A stretch of 64,000 nucleotides of DNA from Lingula anatina (taxonomy: Eukaryota > Animalia > Brachiopoda): positions 44,060,788 through 44,124,787 of the forward strand of contig CM120640.1 in the NCBI GenBank assembly GCA_051362555.1, read 5' to 3'. The translations under genes were made by a program, and so were the position numbers. Position 1 is the stretch's first letter, and the number at the start of each line of letters is the position of its first letter. The notes beneath the pieces are model-generated. The model ran no database searches. It saw only the letters and a list, made by a program, of their open reading frames with translations, and was not told the DNA's origin. This document shows positions 12,376 through 27,147 of the stretch, piece by piece.

Positions 12376-14956
12376 AAAAGCTGAATCCACAGAAACTGAC
12401 TAAACATACACGACTCATTTCATTTATTTATGCAGCTGATAGTTTTGTGTAGTTATGGTGATACTTAAAGTGTTTTTAGTCCGACATAATCGGGTTGAAG
12501 TGATAATCCCAAAATGGAACAAATGCATACCTTTTTAAGACTTTGATATCGTAATGATTAAACTGGGTTAAAAGCAACTACGCGATATGTAAACATCCAT
12601 TTGCGCTTTATTTTGTAGACCAAATTAGATCTGAAGTACATTTTGCATGTCCCATATTTTTGTCTCTTGGTATAAGACATTGTCAACTGCCAGCAAAGCC
12701 CAAATACCGGTAGTGTTATGATGGTTTAATGCATTAGGTCTGTCCATTAGAATAGAAATTCAACCAGATAGAGTCGCATTGCTGTGTTATATGATGGTAT
12801 GAGCGTTATTGGAAAAACATCGTTGTTGAAAAGGATTGCATTCATTGCACATGAGATGTAAAAGAAGCATTACATGTCCGAAAGGCGCGAGAAAGATCAA
12901 TAGATTCACACAGTTGTGACCTGTTGCATAGAGGCAGAGGCAAGTTCTAATAATACCCATTCATCTTCATAGGTGTTCTTAATCCTCATGTTACAGCTTA
13001 AAAGGTTTTATTCCCCTATGGTCGTGGCGATCCCATGGTTGCGCAAACTCCCTGTTCATCGTAATGAAAGCTTACCCGAAGGCAGGTACACAACGGAAGC
13101 ACCCGTCAACACGTAACCGTAAATTTTCAAAACCCGTTGTCGCCAAGAACGAAAAATGGTTTGAAGACGGAAAACTTATTATTGCGGCTGGACTTCTCGC
13201 GGATGAATTATTGATGTTGACTTTTTCAGGAAAAGGGCAAATTGATTAAAATTGGATAATGTGACGTAACGTGTACAAAGTATCGACGTAATTGGCAGAA
13301 ATAATTTAAAAACATTACTTAAGTTGCAGCTCTCATAGCACATTACAAATTATTAATTCGTTTTGAGCAAAGTTAATAGTGAGTGAGGGTGAGTGTTGCC
13401 ACCAAAAAAAAAAAAATAAAAAAAAAAATAAAAAAATAAAATGGAAGCACACATCAACCATATTCCCCCAAGATAAAGACTGAAAGACGTTTTGCTGGTG
13501 GTATCTACGGACATTTGTCAGCTTTACAGGGTAGCCAGCTAGTTTATAGGATATATACGGCTCAGGATATTTACAGGCGAATTTGGGGTGAGATTCATTC
13601 ACTTTCCCCATTAATAAATAGCGCATTTGGAAATTTGCACATTCATGGTACGTTAGGCTTGCGACATTATTTGAGTTTCTGACATATGGGATCCATTACC
13701 CAAAGCCCTTCTTTATAGTTTACATATTAGGCAGCACATGATAATCGTGATTTATTAGTCTTGCTATTGCTCATAGTGGCGACGGTTTTACAATCTCAAC
13801 GCTGCTGTGTGCAAGGGAAGAGCTAAACCTCCAAAATGTCGCCTCTTGCATTGTCAATTCAATTTAAAAATGATTATGTTTCTATTTTGGTTTTAGTTAC
13901 ATGTACTGTTGTTTAAAGTGAGATTTGCCCAGAGTAAACCGATAGATTATTTTCCTGATCTCCAAAGCGACTTTCACAAATCAGAAATGTCTTCCTCTTG
14001 AAGCGTTTAAGCTTTTAATACACCAAAGTACTTTCATATACTATTCAGACCTCAGGTTCTCCTCTGCAATCGTATGTGTTTGTTGGTAGTGGCTTTTAAC
14101 ATCAAATATTTAAAGAGTCATAAAGTTCTGATATTTATCTAATTCTCCAAGAATCTTTAATTTAGACGACTAAAGGAGCGCAATCCCTTCGGGATTTTTG
14201 AATCCGTAATCAGGATTGGTTGAATTGACCAACTAGGTTTGTCACTTTTATCGATTTTCTTTCCACGAAAAACAAAGCGATGATGAGGATGTTGCATCAC
14301 TTAAGGAGTTATTATAAGAATGGATATATGAATAATGAATACATAATTACATAAATTGATACATATACATAGTCTATGGATGAACAGATATAAATTCAAT
14401 ATGTACTGTTATTGTTTAAAAAGCAAATAGGGTGACTTACATTGTGGTCATCTTGTACATTATTCATATTGGTTGTCAAATCTTAAATTTAAAAATGAAT
14501 AGAAGGCATAATTATTAAATGTTCCAAAATAAAAGAGAATGGATTGCTTTATGTCTAATTTGGCGGATGGGTAGATTACAAAATAAAGAATTATGAAATA
14601 TTTCGAAAGAGAATTTCCTCACTCTCTGAAAATTTGAGTTCCTTAGGCAGTTAACATCGTAGTTTTCCTAAAAGTCTGTCACAGGTTTTCAACAAAGATT
14701 TTGCCTAAATATCCTGTTTTTTATCTGAACGACAGATTTCTGTAAGATGAACACAAAATTCATGCGTAAGGAACATAATGTATTCTGTTTTCAGAACTTG
14801 AAATATAACGGCCTATAAGAGAGGAGGAATAAAAATAGAACTGCACTTTTACCCATGTTACAAGAGTTCTATAGACTAATTGGCCATGCCTATTTGTAGC
14901 CCAATCTATCCGTTAAAGCATTGATTAATCAAAAAATCCTTTTCTTTTGATTTCAG

Positions 14957-15435
14957 GTAGATTCCGGGGAACGTCCCGCTGGGCAAATTCGAGGCGGGGC
15001 GGAAGAGAATCGTGGACAAATGTGAAGTGCGTAATTCCGCGGCAATGCTGGTATTGGAATTCGATTGATGTTTGTCACCCACTTTCTCGTGAATAGACAT
15101 TCGATCTTATAACAGAGATTCGCTTATCTTAGATGTCATCCCTTAAAAGAGTGACTTTTATCCAGCGATTATAGATTTGTGTGTTTATATGTTGAAGGCT
15201 GTGAAAATATCGCCATTCCTGATTCAATACTCGCACCTGAAGCTATACCCACGGTAAACTATGCTATTAATGGTGTGCGTTTTAAGGAAATTAACTTCTC
15301 ACAATGTATAATATTTGATCAGAATAGTTCCGCCAAAGTAATTGCATTGGAGAATAATAGCTATGCTGAATTTGCCTCGAGTGCTCTGTAACACGGCTCC
15401 TGATTGGCGCTAATACGTGTCACTGATTATACAAG
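14957..15435 (+). other. Probable 5'-UTR part of the SK ATG-containing exon
   Basis: Strong acceptor cctttttcttttgatttcag ending at 14956. The leader would contain several upstream ATGs. Confidence 0.45.
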
Positions 15436-16410
15436 ATGCCTGTATTTCTCGTTGAACCAGCCAATGAAAAACAGCGTATAGATTCCACTGAAAATCTCAT
15501 CTCAGAAACGAACGATGAATCCTCCGACGCTAACGTCACAACATCAATGCAACAAATCTATGACACAGGCTACGACAGCACGCAACTGGGGAGCGAGCCA
15601 GGTGTTAACGAAAGCCAGCTAGCTTCAGAGAGAATGCAGGATTGGAGCCGTGAGGATGAGCCAGATATGGGTTCCATCTCCGCGGCGGCGACCACTGAGC
15701 ATACTGGCTGTAGTGGGAACGGAACGGGTGGACGTATCAATAACGGTTACAGCTGCCCCGATATCGAACTGCAAAATTACAACACTAATAGCTTAGATTC
15801 AAAACAGGATTATTCTGTAGTAGATAAAGCTATGTCTGAACTCCAGATGCCTCGCTATCAACAGCTGAACCTATTATCCAGCAGTTCTAGTCGGCGCACG
15901 CATGGTTTGGCTGGTTCACATTCCCTCCTGAACCTCGATAGAACGCCAACAGAGAACGCGCAGGATGAGCCCTCGACTCCCAAGCCGACGGACTACTTAA
16001 TTAAAGGCGAGTCGAGGGACACCCGACCGAAAAACAGAGAATCGGCTATATCGGACATTGGAGCAGATTATATGCGTGTCAATGGAGCGATTCGGCAGTT
16101 CAAACAACTGCAAAAGCCCGTCTCCACTCAGTCGCTCCCTTCTGCCACTAAAATGAGTTACAATGCAGAGGAGGCAGGAGCGCTGGTAGGCGGCAGTTCT
16201 GAATACCCGAGGCCAGAAAAGGCGAACAATAATGTCAAAGCAGAAAAAGACAGAACTAACCACGTGGGATATAGGTTAGGGGCCAGGAAGACTTTATTTG
16301 AAAAACGCAGGAAAATATCTGACTATTCCCTAGCTTTAGGGATGTTCGGTATCGTTATGATGATAATGGAGACTGAGCTCTCATTTCCGTGGGCAGGTAT
16401 ATACAACAAG
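15436..16410 (+). CDS. SK: SK (KCNN-family) small-conductance Ca2+-activated K+ channel, coding exon 1 (long cytoplasmic N-terminus + S1)
   Basis: The ORF from ATG 15436 ends in the SK signature [40 protein letters not shown]. Donor AAG|GTAAGT follows 16410 (975 nt, phase 0). The start codon is inferred as the first ATG after an in-frame stop. Confidence 0.92.
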
Positions 16411-18120
16411 GTAAGTGCTTCTTGCACACTGGATGAACGGCAGCTGCACGCATAGCTGTATATAACCTTAATATAGCATAATGGGCGAACATTGCGCTCT
16501 GTTCATTAAACGTATACCATATAGTCATATGTCATTATTATACTAGCTGTTAATATAGATGCATAGAATGAAAAGTAGCCTACAGTGTTTATGGTGTTAA
16601 AACAAGCTGTGAACTACTGCTAAGCAATTACATGAGCTAGTCCGATGAAAGAGCAACGCGATTTATAAGAATCTGTGGCAAAACGATGGGACTTGCTCTA
16701 ATAATGAAGGCAATGATGATATGAAATGTCAAATTTAATATGCATAATGACATGATGCTGATGAAGATGCATGTATACGCTCGTATACTGATGCTGATCT
16801 GTGCAAACACTGTGTTTAAAATACAGCTGTTTCACATACTACGCCACAAACACGCACCATGATTGTTGACAACATACTCCCACGCCCGTATCGTAATCTA
16901 CGAAACAGGAAAAACCAATATTCACGAAAAGTACTTTCCCGACATAATGCGAATATTACTGAAATGCAGCCCTATTTTTCGACACGATCTAATCAATGGG
17001 TTCCGACTGCTTTTATTTCTGTTATTCCGACAGTTGATTTAATACCGCGATGGAGGTATAATGACGTTACCGCCTCTCAGAGACATCTCAAGAGCAGTGA
17101 GCAAAGAACGACCAAAGTCATCGACGTCATGGATCCTAACCTTTATCACAGTCAAAGTCAGTCTCACCACATTACCTTGACCTATTTGCACGGTTATTCA
17201 CCTTCAAGAAATGGGTAGTCGTTCAACTGGCTTAAGGCCTTTGCCCCCCAAATTATTCAGGCTTCGTTTTTTTTTCATAAGAGTGAATCGATACGTTTGG
17301 CAGGAGCTGACTGTCAAGATCGCATCACAGCGATATTGATGGTTTAATCAGTTTGCATCACTGCACCATAAAATCACTCCCCATTGCTTCATCACATTTT
17401 CGGTGTTTGTGTTTGTATACGCATATTTTTGTATAACATGTATACACAAGTCTCACTCTTAGATTTATTGGGAAGTTTAGTTTGCGTGGATGGATCTCGG
17501 TCTCTCGTTGCCTTTCATTTTGAACGGCTAGGTCATTATAGACGGGCTTAATACACAACATCATTGCTTCATTTCCCATGTACTCGCCAGCAAATTACAT
17601 CGAGCGTGTTCATAAACTCTCCTGGTTCTTGATAATGCTAAGAGTGTTTCAGAAATGTTATTAAGTTGGCTTTGATCATTCAATATATTGCTATTAGAAA
17701 AGTACCCTTTTCCGCAAACTTGCTCGATTCAAGCACAATGTGAAAATTATTAATGGTGGTCATTACATAAGCGTTTAACACGAGTACTTAATGGAGCAGG
17801 CGCGTGTCTATTAAGGCAGCGAGTTTGAGAGGTCTTAATGAAATGTACAGTGTAACTGCAAGTTATTTATTTTTTTTACTTGCCTGTTTATTCCATTCAC
17901 CAGCCCACACATAACTTTTGATGCCTTATCTATATTGATCTGCCATTTATAGCAAATTTTCGTGTAATAGCGTTTTTCTTTCTTTCATTTCGTTTCTCTT
18001 TTTTTCTTTCTTTTCTTTTTTGCTGTCAATTTGTCGACTACGTCAGTAAAATGCCGTAGACTAGCTTATCCATATGGTAAGCAAACTGTTTCAATTCATT
18101 TTCTTATATAATATTTCCAG

Positions 18121-18216
18121 AGCAGCCCATATTCTTTGGTTATGAAATCGGTTATCAGTGCGTCAACAATAGCCTTGCTGTCACTGATCATAGCTTATCA
18201 CGCAGTCGAGGTGCAG
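18121..18216 (+). CDS. SK: SK channel coding exon 2 (S2)
   Basis: Acceptor tttccag, donor CAG|GTGAGT. 96 nt encoding SSPYSLVMKSVISASTIALLSLIIAYHAVEVQ, a typical SK S2 segment. Not in the ORF track. Confidence 0.93.
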
Positions 18217-21200
18217 GTGAGTTAATATAAAACTATATGTGTATGTGCATTCTCAAGTTTGAATACGTACTGTAACCACGCTCTTATGTTAATTGTGTCA
18301 CGAATCGGCTTATACAAGGCTTTTAGCAACGGAAACAGGTGCGCTCTTATATTGAAGCTAGAAAATTTATTCTTGGAAAAAGTGTCGAAAAATTGAAAAT
18401 TAAGATACCAAAAAAGACAATTATGAAAAAAATGTATTCAATTCGCCCATATATATTTATCTATAAGAGCTGCCTTTACCCAGACTATCGTTACCGTGCT
18501 TACTGCAAGTATTAACACCAGGAAGGTACTTTCATAACGTCAACACTGAAATTAAAAGTGGTATTTTATTGCACGACTGGAAAGGGGGCGGACCTGTAAA
18601 GCGGTGGTATGCTCCTGGTTCGATCAACATACAGGTACGCATTTGCCGAGTATGCATTTGCAGTTTCGTCATGCAGGTGCTATTGTTGCATTAGCATATT
18701 CAAACACATATGCACCTATGTAAAACGGCAAGAAATGTCAGTTAAGCACCTTGTTCTCCTCTCAATTGACCATGACCCAGCTGCTATTTTTTACAGATCC
18801 ATTTCATTACTGAGAGAGTTCTAGGCAGGTGGATGTCATTTTATACCATAACCAATAGCAGATGATTTGGCTGATTCGGTGTTGCAGAGAATTATTCTGT
18901 TAATTCTGAGATTTGTTTCATTAAAACCCGTTGATTTCTGAAACACAGGTGAAATCCCGTTGGGTATAGATATTGACATCGGATGACTAATCTGTGATTT
19001 GTTATCTGGCTATCAATAATTTTCTCAAGTCTTGAGTGGACGTTTATTACATTTCTATGATCTCTCAGAGGCCGCAGTTAAAATCCCACTCGGCTATATT
19101 AACTATAACTCGTTTAAAGCTTGAGATCAGATCCCTTGATAAGAAATGCATCGAGAAAACAATGTATTAAAACAAACAAGTATTTAAAGATAAACCAAAG
19201 ACAAAAGGAAGAGTCGACTATCGTTTCAACGGAGACTATTGATCTCAAAATTTACAATCAAATCACTGCCAAGATTGTTTATGGAATAAGTGACTTCGAT
19301 TTTTAGCTCAATTAAGTAAGGAAAATCTCTTTGAATTGAATTCTTTCAGTCTGACGAGAAAACACTGGGCAAATATGGATGAAACTTTAATACTATTAGT
19401 ATGATCAATGAAGTGGACTAGTATTAACGTGAGCGCGTTCACTGTAACGAGAGACATGTGTGCTGGGTTAGGATTCACGTCAAAAAGGTTAGCAAAGTTA
19501 CGCCCCAGTTACTCAAAAATTATCATCGGAATACCTTTAAGTGATAACATGAATTGTTTAACATGAAAACAATCATACATCGTGCTTTCAAAGAATTTGT
19601 AGCTGCTGGCGTGCTTCTTCTGTTCATCTATGTTTGAAGCCCGATGTTTTTCTACGTATATTGAACGTTTTGCAGGTAAATCTTCAGTTAGGCTACCAGC
19701 CACCGCTGTGTTAGATAAATTTAGCTTGCTCGGGCAATTTGAAACCACCTGGCTTGTATTCATTTCTTCTTGCTGATAGCGATCGGACAGAAAATACCTG
19801 GGTTCCAAGATCCACATGGCCCACTAGCCTGCGTACTCTTCTGAAGCCTGAAAATGGTTTTGCCTTTTCGTCTCATGGTAAAAACTGATTAATCTTAACC
19901 CGCCTATCCTTCTTATTGTATTCCTCATAAAAACCGAGAGGAAATAACCTCTACCGATAACTGAATACCGTAAGGGAGTTCTCTAATCATGGTAAAAACT
20001 TAAACCACATGCACGCATATCGATCCTTCCTTCAGATTCCAAGATCACTTTTGAATTTGCAGCACAAACCGAAGACCCAGAAGCCAATTTTTTAATGTAC
20101 ACATGTACTAAGTTCTGTGGAACTTAGCTGATAACCGAGAGTTAATTGCATTTTCATGCTTTGTCTCATTGATTTCTTTGTAAAACATTTTGGAAGGTTT
20201 TCTTTTGGCATTTTATCTTCGAAATATTTTGGACATGCAGTCTTAGTTTACTAGGCCATCTTTTAAATGGAATCTGAGTATATCAAAAGGACATATTGGT
20301 TTTGACTGCAAATGTGAACGTTCACATACACAATTGTGGTTTGTCACAAGGAAGCTAGTTACACACGCTTCAAGGTTGTGCTCGGAATAAAAAATGTTCC
20401 GTTCTGAGAGTGCTATTGCACTCTGGGCCATTATATTGGGTCGACTAAATTTAGGTACGGCTCCATTAGTATTGGTAGAGTTGGATGGTCTATATACATG
20501 TACATATCAGGTCGAAACCAATTATTCTCTCCAACTATACCGTAATCCTATGCCATTAACCCATCAACAAGATCGCTTTTACTAATTGGTTTATTCTGTT
20601 CGCCGCCACTAATCAATGTTAACAGTGCGTCCAATTGTAACGACAGAACACAATGTGTGCTGTTAGATGATTAAAACATTGTGGCTTTTAGTCCTGACAG
20701 TTAAATCATTTTCACCCTAATTAATGCCGTAGCTGAATAAACCTTGAAACCTACCACTTATAACGTCACCAACACCGAGTTTTATGTATAATGGGTTCGC
20801 GGAAAACTTGACTCCCAGCGGAGTCAAATCCACGGGAGACATCAATAAGTGGACAGAAAGCTATTCAAATTGTAGTTGTAAACCTGCTGAGAGACTTAAA
20901 ACCCTGGAACGTCTTTCGCACAGGACAGGAGCATGTGTCCAATCAAAAGGCAGCCGTCGAGCCAGCATTGCGTGTCCCGGTAGCGTAGCTAAAGAGAACG
21001 TGTTTCTTATGACGTAATCTCAAATGACCTTTCCCTAAAACTGACGGCTGCGGGATTGATTTCAGGTGTAAACCTGAATGTTCGTAAGGTTTTCGCTCTC
21101 ACAATCATGTTTACACCTCGCACTTTCACTAAAAGCCCCTTTCATTTTCAGCGTATTTATTAACCCGGTTCGTTAATTGATCCGAAATGTCATTTTGAAC

Positions 21201-23921
21201 ATGATGCCGCTTTAATGTTGTACAATCTTGCTTTCATCTAACGGTAAACGTGTTAAACGATCTATTGCAGTGCCAAGATGACAAATAACATATGGTAGTC
21301 GTCACAGTGAAATCAAGGAGATAGGCTGCGACACGTACAGTCATTTTTAACTTGTCAATTATCATGAGGAATGCCAAATAGGGAATGCCAAATCTTCAAT
21401 ACAAGGATAGACTTTTTTGTGATCTTAAATAAAGTCATAAATTTTGGCAATAAGTTTTCTTTCTAAGGACATTTTATTGTCTATCAAAACAAGTGCATAT
21501 TGCGTCATTGCGTAAAGTAGGAACATACCCTATACATCGTTCAAATTAGACAATCAATAAATACTGTTTACACTGAAATGAGGGACCAGTGTTTACCTTT
21601 CTAAAGGAAATTATAGTTGGCAGGCGTATTCCTTATTTGGCATTGTAATGTCAGCCTGACCTTGATTTACTTGACATCCTTTCTCTCTGATTTCGTCATG
21701 CTTGGTCTTGATTCATGATCTGAAGCGACAGCATTTAGTAGACACACTGAGTGCTTCCTAATGCATATATACGTAATCGCCATGACAGCATCCCACTGAA
21801 ATGCACTATTCGCTATTTGTCGGCTACGCTGTTGGATAGGAAAGTGCCTTTTTTAATGAACCGTTTCGTATCTAGCCATTTTTGCACGCTACCTCTAATT
21901 TTCTTCATTGCAGAATTCCTAACGTCGTTCCATATGACAATTTTCTACCCACTTTCATATGTCTCTAAGGAATTTCAATACTGTCAAAATTAGATTGCTC
22001 GTCAGCTTCGGGTCTGTGTTGTATGAATAAAAATAGGGGCCCGATGGCATAATGCATTATGGCATACTTTACGATTATGTCAAATATATTTCATTTATTT
22101 TTGATGGGGTAGGATGTTTTTATCGTACAAGTAGGGGGTAGAGTTTTTGAAAATACTGTGAGACAAATGTGTAGTTCGTGACTGTGCATTGCCTTCAGGC
22201 GTTTGGATGTGTGTACACGTGTGTGAGCTTGGTCCCATGTTTGGAACAAGAAATACCATCATGTTCATGAATATCTTTCTTTTGTTATATGTGAATATTA
22301 GCTGAATGTGAAGAAATCTTTCTGTAATTCAATTTTTAATGTTGGTCTGTTTGTCAATGAATCTACCAGTAAGCTGGATGAGAATGTCTTAATAGTCCTC
22401 ATGAAATCAGAATCGAGCGTTCTTTGAAATAAATGTATCTCCAGACGGGGGCCCACGGGTTCACTGTAATTTATCTCCCTTGTTGAAAGGACAGTCAGGA
22501 AGGGGTAGTTTGCCAGGATGACCTCTACATGCTGTAGAGAGAAGAACACTACTATAGCCAAGTTGTTTTATGTAAAACTCTCATGTGACCTTAAGATTGC
22601 ATCAAATCGATACATTGAAATAGGGCTTCGAAGTACTTTTACATTAAGATTTAGATTTTCATTTGGATATTACATATCTGATCCCCGTTCCTGAGTGTTT
22701 AATCACGTGCAGCGTCTAGAGTCTGTCATTAAGAGGCATTGCATATTGTTCTGTCTTGGCAATCAGTTATGCTTGATCAGCTGAAAATGAGTTCTGCGAG
22801 AATGATTGGTAACAAAATAAGTATACGTTTGTGACCCATTGCTATAAATATGGAACAACCGAGACCATTAAGTAATCCCGAACAGAACGGGTCTTTTTTT
22901 TTTCTTGAAACATTGTCTTCCCGTGAATCCCTTTGTCTTAGTCACAATTAATGTTTACGTTATATTATCTGATTGTTTTGCTTGATAACTACGTCTACTC
23001 GGTTGACCTGTTTAGATGAAAAACAAAACTAATTATCAGCCATAGGTACTGAGCATGCTATCAATCACACTGTTGACACGAGGAACAAGTATTTCTATTT
23101 GGCAGGCATTTCGCATGGCCAAAAAAGTGACAATGTGTTGATGCCCCACTTCCTCTCCTTGACGGATAGATCGGTCTTTATTTTCCCAGCCGCCCTCATT
23201 AGGGATGCCACCCACGTCCGCCATGCTCAGTCGATATCGAACCAGGAATATGTGTCCACACCGTTAAGTCTTTCGCTAAATCCATTTTGCTGAGCGGTGT
23301 TTCCTTTTATGTAGAATACTGTCTCGCTTTATTTTACTCCAATAACAGGCAACCACACACACACGGGTTACCTTGTTATTGCAGCCATTATAATCATTTG
23401 AATGGATGGAACGAGACTCGTGCCCGTACAATTCCAATATGGCTGACAGTGTCCACCAGACTTCAATGTCAATATTTAGAGCATGAATAATGAATAAACG
23501 CAAATTTAACATTTTCTTTTTCCTTTTCAGAGAATCAGATTTTTGTACACTTTGTTGGATAATGTGAATAATGTCACAATGCATTGGAAATACATATATA
23601 CGGAAACGTATGGTTCTTTGTGTATTAGACATGTATTATATTGATAGTGAATATTACATGGATGGCTATGCTGTCAATTAAGGTCGTACTAATTTTCAAT
23701 GTTACACGGCCGTTCTTTAAAATCGGTGTTCGTTTACAGCATATAAAAATCATTTACCATGAGGAACATGCCTTACGTTTTATACTTGAATGGTTCTAAA
23801 ATGTACACTCTTCAACAAGACATGTCAAATAGTTTAGATATGAGCTTCATTCACGACCAAAATGGCCACGGATATTTCAATATTTTAATATATCTTATTG
23901 AATGTCATCATTATTTTCCAG

Positions 23922-24340
23922 ATATTCGCCATCGACAATTGCGTAGAGGACTGGAGAATAGCGATGTCACTCCAGAGAATAGGTCAGATAATAGTGGAGC
24001 TTGTAGTGTGCTCCATTCATCCAATCCCAGGGACGTACGATTTCATATGGACAACGGTGCACCATGATGGGGTGACGGTCACCTCCGAAAAGGTGCCCAT
24101 CGACATACTGTTATCTCTCCCGATGTTTATAAGACTGTATCTCATATGTCGTGTAATGTTACTTCACAGTAAACTCTTCACGGATGCATCGTCTCGAAGT
24201 ATTGGTGCCCTGAACAGGATCAGTTTTAACACGCGGTTTGTCCTGAAGGCGCTGATGACAATATGCCCCGGTGCCGTCTTACTGGTGTTCACTCTCTCCC
24301 TGTGGATTATTGCCAGTTGGACTTTGAGAGGATGCGAGAG
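23922..24340 (+). CDS. SK: SK channel coding exon 3 (S2-S3 loop to S5)
   Basis: Acceptor ttttccag, donor AG|GTAAGA. Encodes [15 protein letters not shown]...[52 protein letters not shown]...WTLRGCE. 419 nt, ends phase 2. Confidence 0.96.
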
Positions 24341-27106
24341 GTAAGATTTCTAATCCCGTTTCTTGTACAACGTTTTTATTTTGTGCCATTGCTGTCATTT
24401 TTAGTAAAGATGTATTGCAAAAAAAACAAAAAAAACAAAACAAAACAAATTTGATAAATTTGCCAACTTCGTATATAAGATATGGACACACTGTGATACA
24501 TTCAGAGAGATTGTTACGCAAAAGATGAGTTTTGGGTCAGCTATTTAATGCTTGTCACTATACTAAGCAATACATAGTAAACTTTTATAAAAAGGTCATT
24601 ATATTTGAAAACAGATGCATTTCAAGTACTGTTTTATATATCTTTAATGCCAAAACAATATACGATTCTGCGTGTCGGCCTTCTAATTTGGCGAACCTTA
24701 GTATTAATCAGACCTTAAAATCTATACTATTTATAATGAAAATCAGGTGGCATGAAAATTTGATGAACTAAACAACCAGTATGATGGACATTATACTGGT
24801 GAGCGTATTCATCATGCATGTAGAACGGCATTATTCTAATAGTAATAAAGTCGTTGCACATGGCAGCAGAGTGAACGATAACATCTATCAGTAGATGATT
24901 TTAATATATCTGCACGGATTGCACTTGAATAATCCTACAACACAGCAAATCCCATCCCTTCGGTCATATGGCCGCCCTGCAGGAACATTTCATTGGGTCA
25001 TTTCTGTTACTGTGGCTGAGGACGTATTACTTAATTAGCCAGCTATGATAAACACGGGCTGAAACACCTATCTAGCCCGTTAATGGTGGATAAGGTGCTG
25101 ATATTTCATTTCACAGCTTTTACGAATTAACACGCCTATCAACACTCGCAATGTCAAACAGTGCAACAGCTGGAGTGGCTGTGTGTGCTTTTCTGCAGGC
25201 CTTCGTGGAACATTATAACGATCTTAAATGTGACGTTTGTGCTACTGAGCCCGTTAGGGAAATAGGACGCTTTTGCAGTAGACGAATCTGTATTGAGAGA
25301 ATACAATCACGAACCTGACAAACGTGTTTCTATGGTAGAATTTAAAAAAAAAACATTCATCAAACTACCTAAAGTGTCAATAGGCCTACTACATGTTTTA
25401 TATCTAGTGTATAATATTAAAATAGAAGAATAAAAAGCGATACAAAACCGTTTTACGAATTGCACACTAGACCACTTAATAATTGAAGCACCAAAAACAT
25501 GCAAGCAACTCATATGGCCACACCGCTAACTAATGTTTCCTAATATTCCAACTGTTTTACCCCCGTGATTTTGGTATGTATTTTTTATCCTAGAAACTAT
25601 GGAAGTTTTTGCAGAACTTCTGAAATTCATTAAGGCAGTGGTGTTCATCTTTCATGTGGCTGGTAATCAAATATTTGCTTTACAAATGTTATCCTTCTAT
25701 TTGCAATTTTGTCGGCGCCGCATTTTTATGTGTTGATCACTTACGACCATGCAAGTCTCTTCATCAACTTTCTAGAGTTCAAATGTATATGATTCTTCCG
25801 CCACGTTTATTAAAAAGTCGCCATTTGGCTTGAAATACGCATCATGTTTATTCATATTGGCTTTATCCTTCAGTTGAACCTGTGTCAAAGTGTTATTTTC
25901 CTTCCGATCATATTTTCTATTGACGTCAAACCTCTTTTTTTTTGCCACACCTGCCCAGATCATGTAGGTTTCATATGTAAATACTTTTGATATATATATT
26001 TAAGTGATCATCATTTCTGGACTATTTAAACATTATTACAGTATACACGCTTACGAATACAATTTAATACAGATTAAGGCAGTCTTTCGCTTTAGCTCTT
26101 TTTGTAACCGATGTGCCAGTATGGCCACTCACTTTACCCAGTACATAAGTATCTCAGAACAAACATGTAACTCATTTGTTGATAACAGACTTTCAATTAA
26201 AGCCGGTTTGGTCTATATGCTAGCATTGGTATATACATGTACCACTGGTAATGGCACACCTACGCATCGAGTTACCTTACATGTTTCGTGCTATATTTAG
26301 CACCCTAAACGTAAGTTGGTAGACCTCTTACAGACGCATACAACTTGTGTTTAACCTAGAACACATTGGTTCAAATGGGCAATAAAGACTATACGTACAC
26401 TACATACAATCTACTTTATGTCATTTTCCGTTTACGTAAACGGTGCAGTGTTAGGTCAGTTTGGTATGTTGTTTAGGGGGTATCTAATTTCGAAAGTAGC
26501 TTTAATTTTACAGTCTATTTTTCTCTCTATTTTTCTTTCATGTTATCTAACACTCTGATTTCGTCATTAGATTTCCAAACTGACAGCGAGGAAAAGAACT
26601 TTGTTTTTGCCACGTTATGAAGCAGCTGCTTGGTGCTTGAGAAATATGCTTTTCAGTATTGACTTAAGTAACAGTAGATCATATATTCCCTTGCTGCATT
26701 AGTCATAATAGAACATAGAAATCACCAAAAAGAGAGGACAAGGAAATAATCTATCAAAGAACATGAATATACTGACACCGCCAAGGAGAATTGGTTTTCA
26801 TCCCTGTGGAGAACGAATTGCCGCCAACAACCTCCCTCAGAGTATTTTCAATTTTAGAAAAAGACGTACTTTTCTATGTGTTTTGTGGTCTCAGCTCATT
26901 TTAAGCGTTCATTTCTCAAAATATAAGGAATATCATTATGAGTATCGTAATGCTATATGTGTATAATTAAACAAATGTCCCCTTTATTTGGATTGCTTTG
27001 TTTAGACAAACAGAGCATACCAGCATAGAGCATAATTCTTGTAAATATGTCTTGAAATACAGTTCTGTGCCTGAAGCAAACAGATACGAAGTGCATGCTA
27101 AGCTAA

Positions 27107-27110
<4 letters not shown>

Positions 27111-27144
<34 letters not shown>
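27111..27144. repeat. (AG)n microsatellite
   Basis: About 17 perfect AG units. Confidence 0.9.

Positions 27145-27147
<3 letters not shown>

Noticed and set aside
14951-14962. AG|GT recursive splice site
   Set aside because: The regenerated donor GTAGAT is poor; simpler as an ordinary acceptor.
24985-25015. acattt-cattgggt-tactgtgg resembling a decayed duplicate of the pore exon
   Set aside because: Only short word matches with wrong spacing, no GYG codons and no splice sites. I found no convincing mutually exclusive pore exon.
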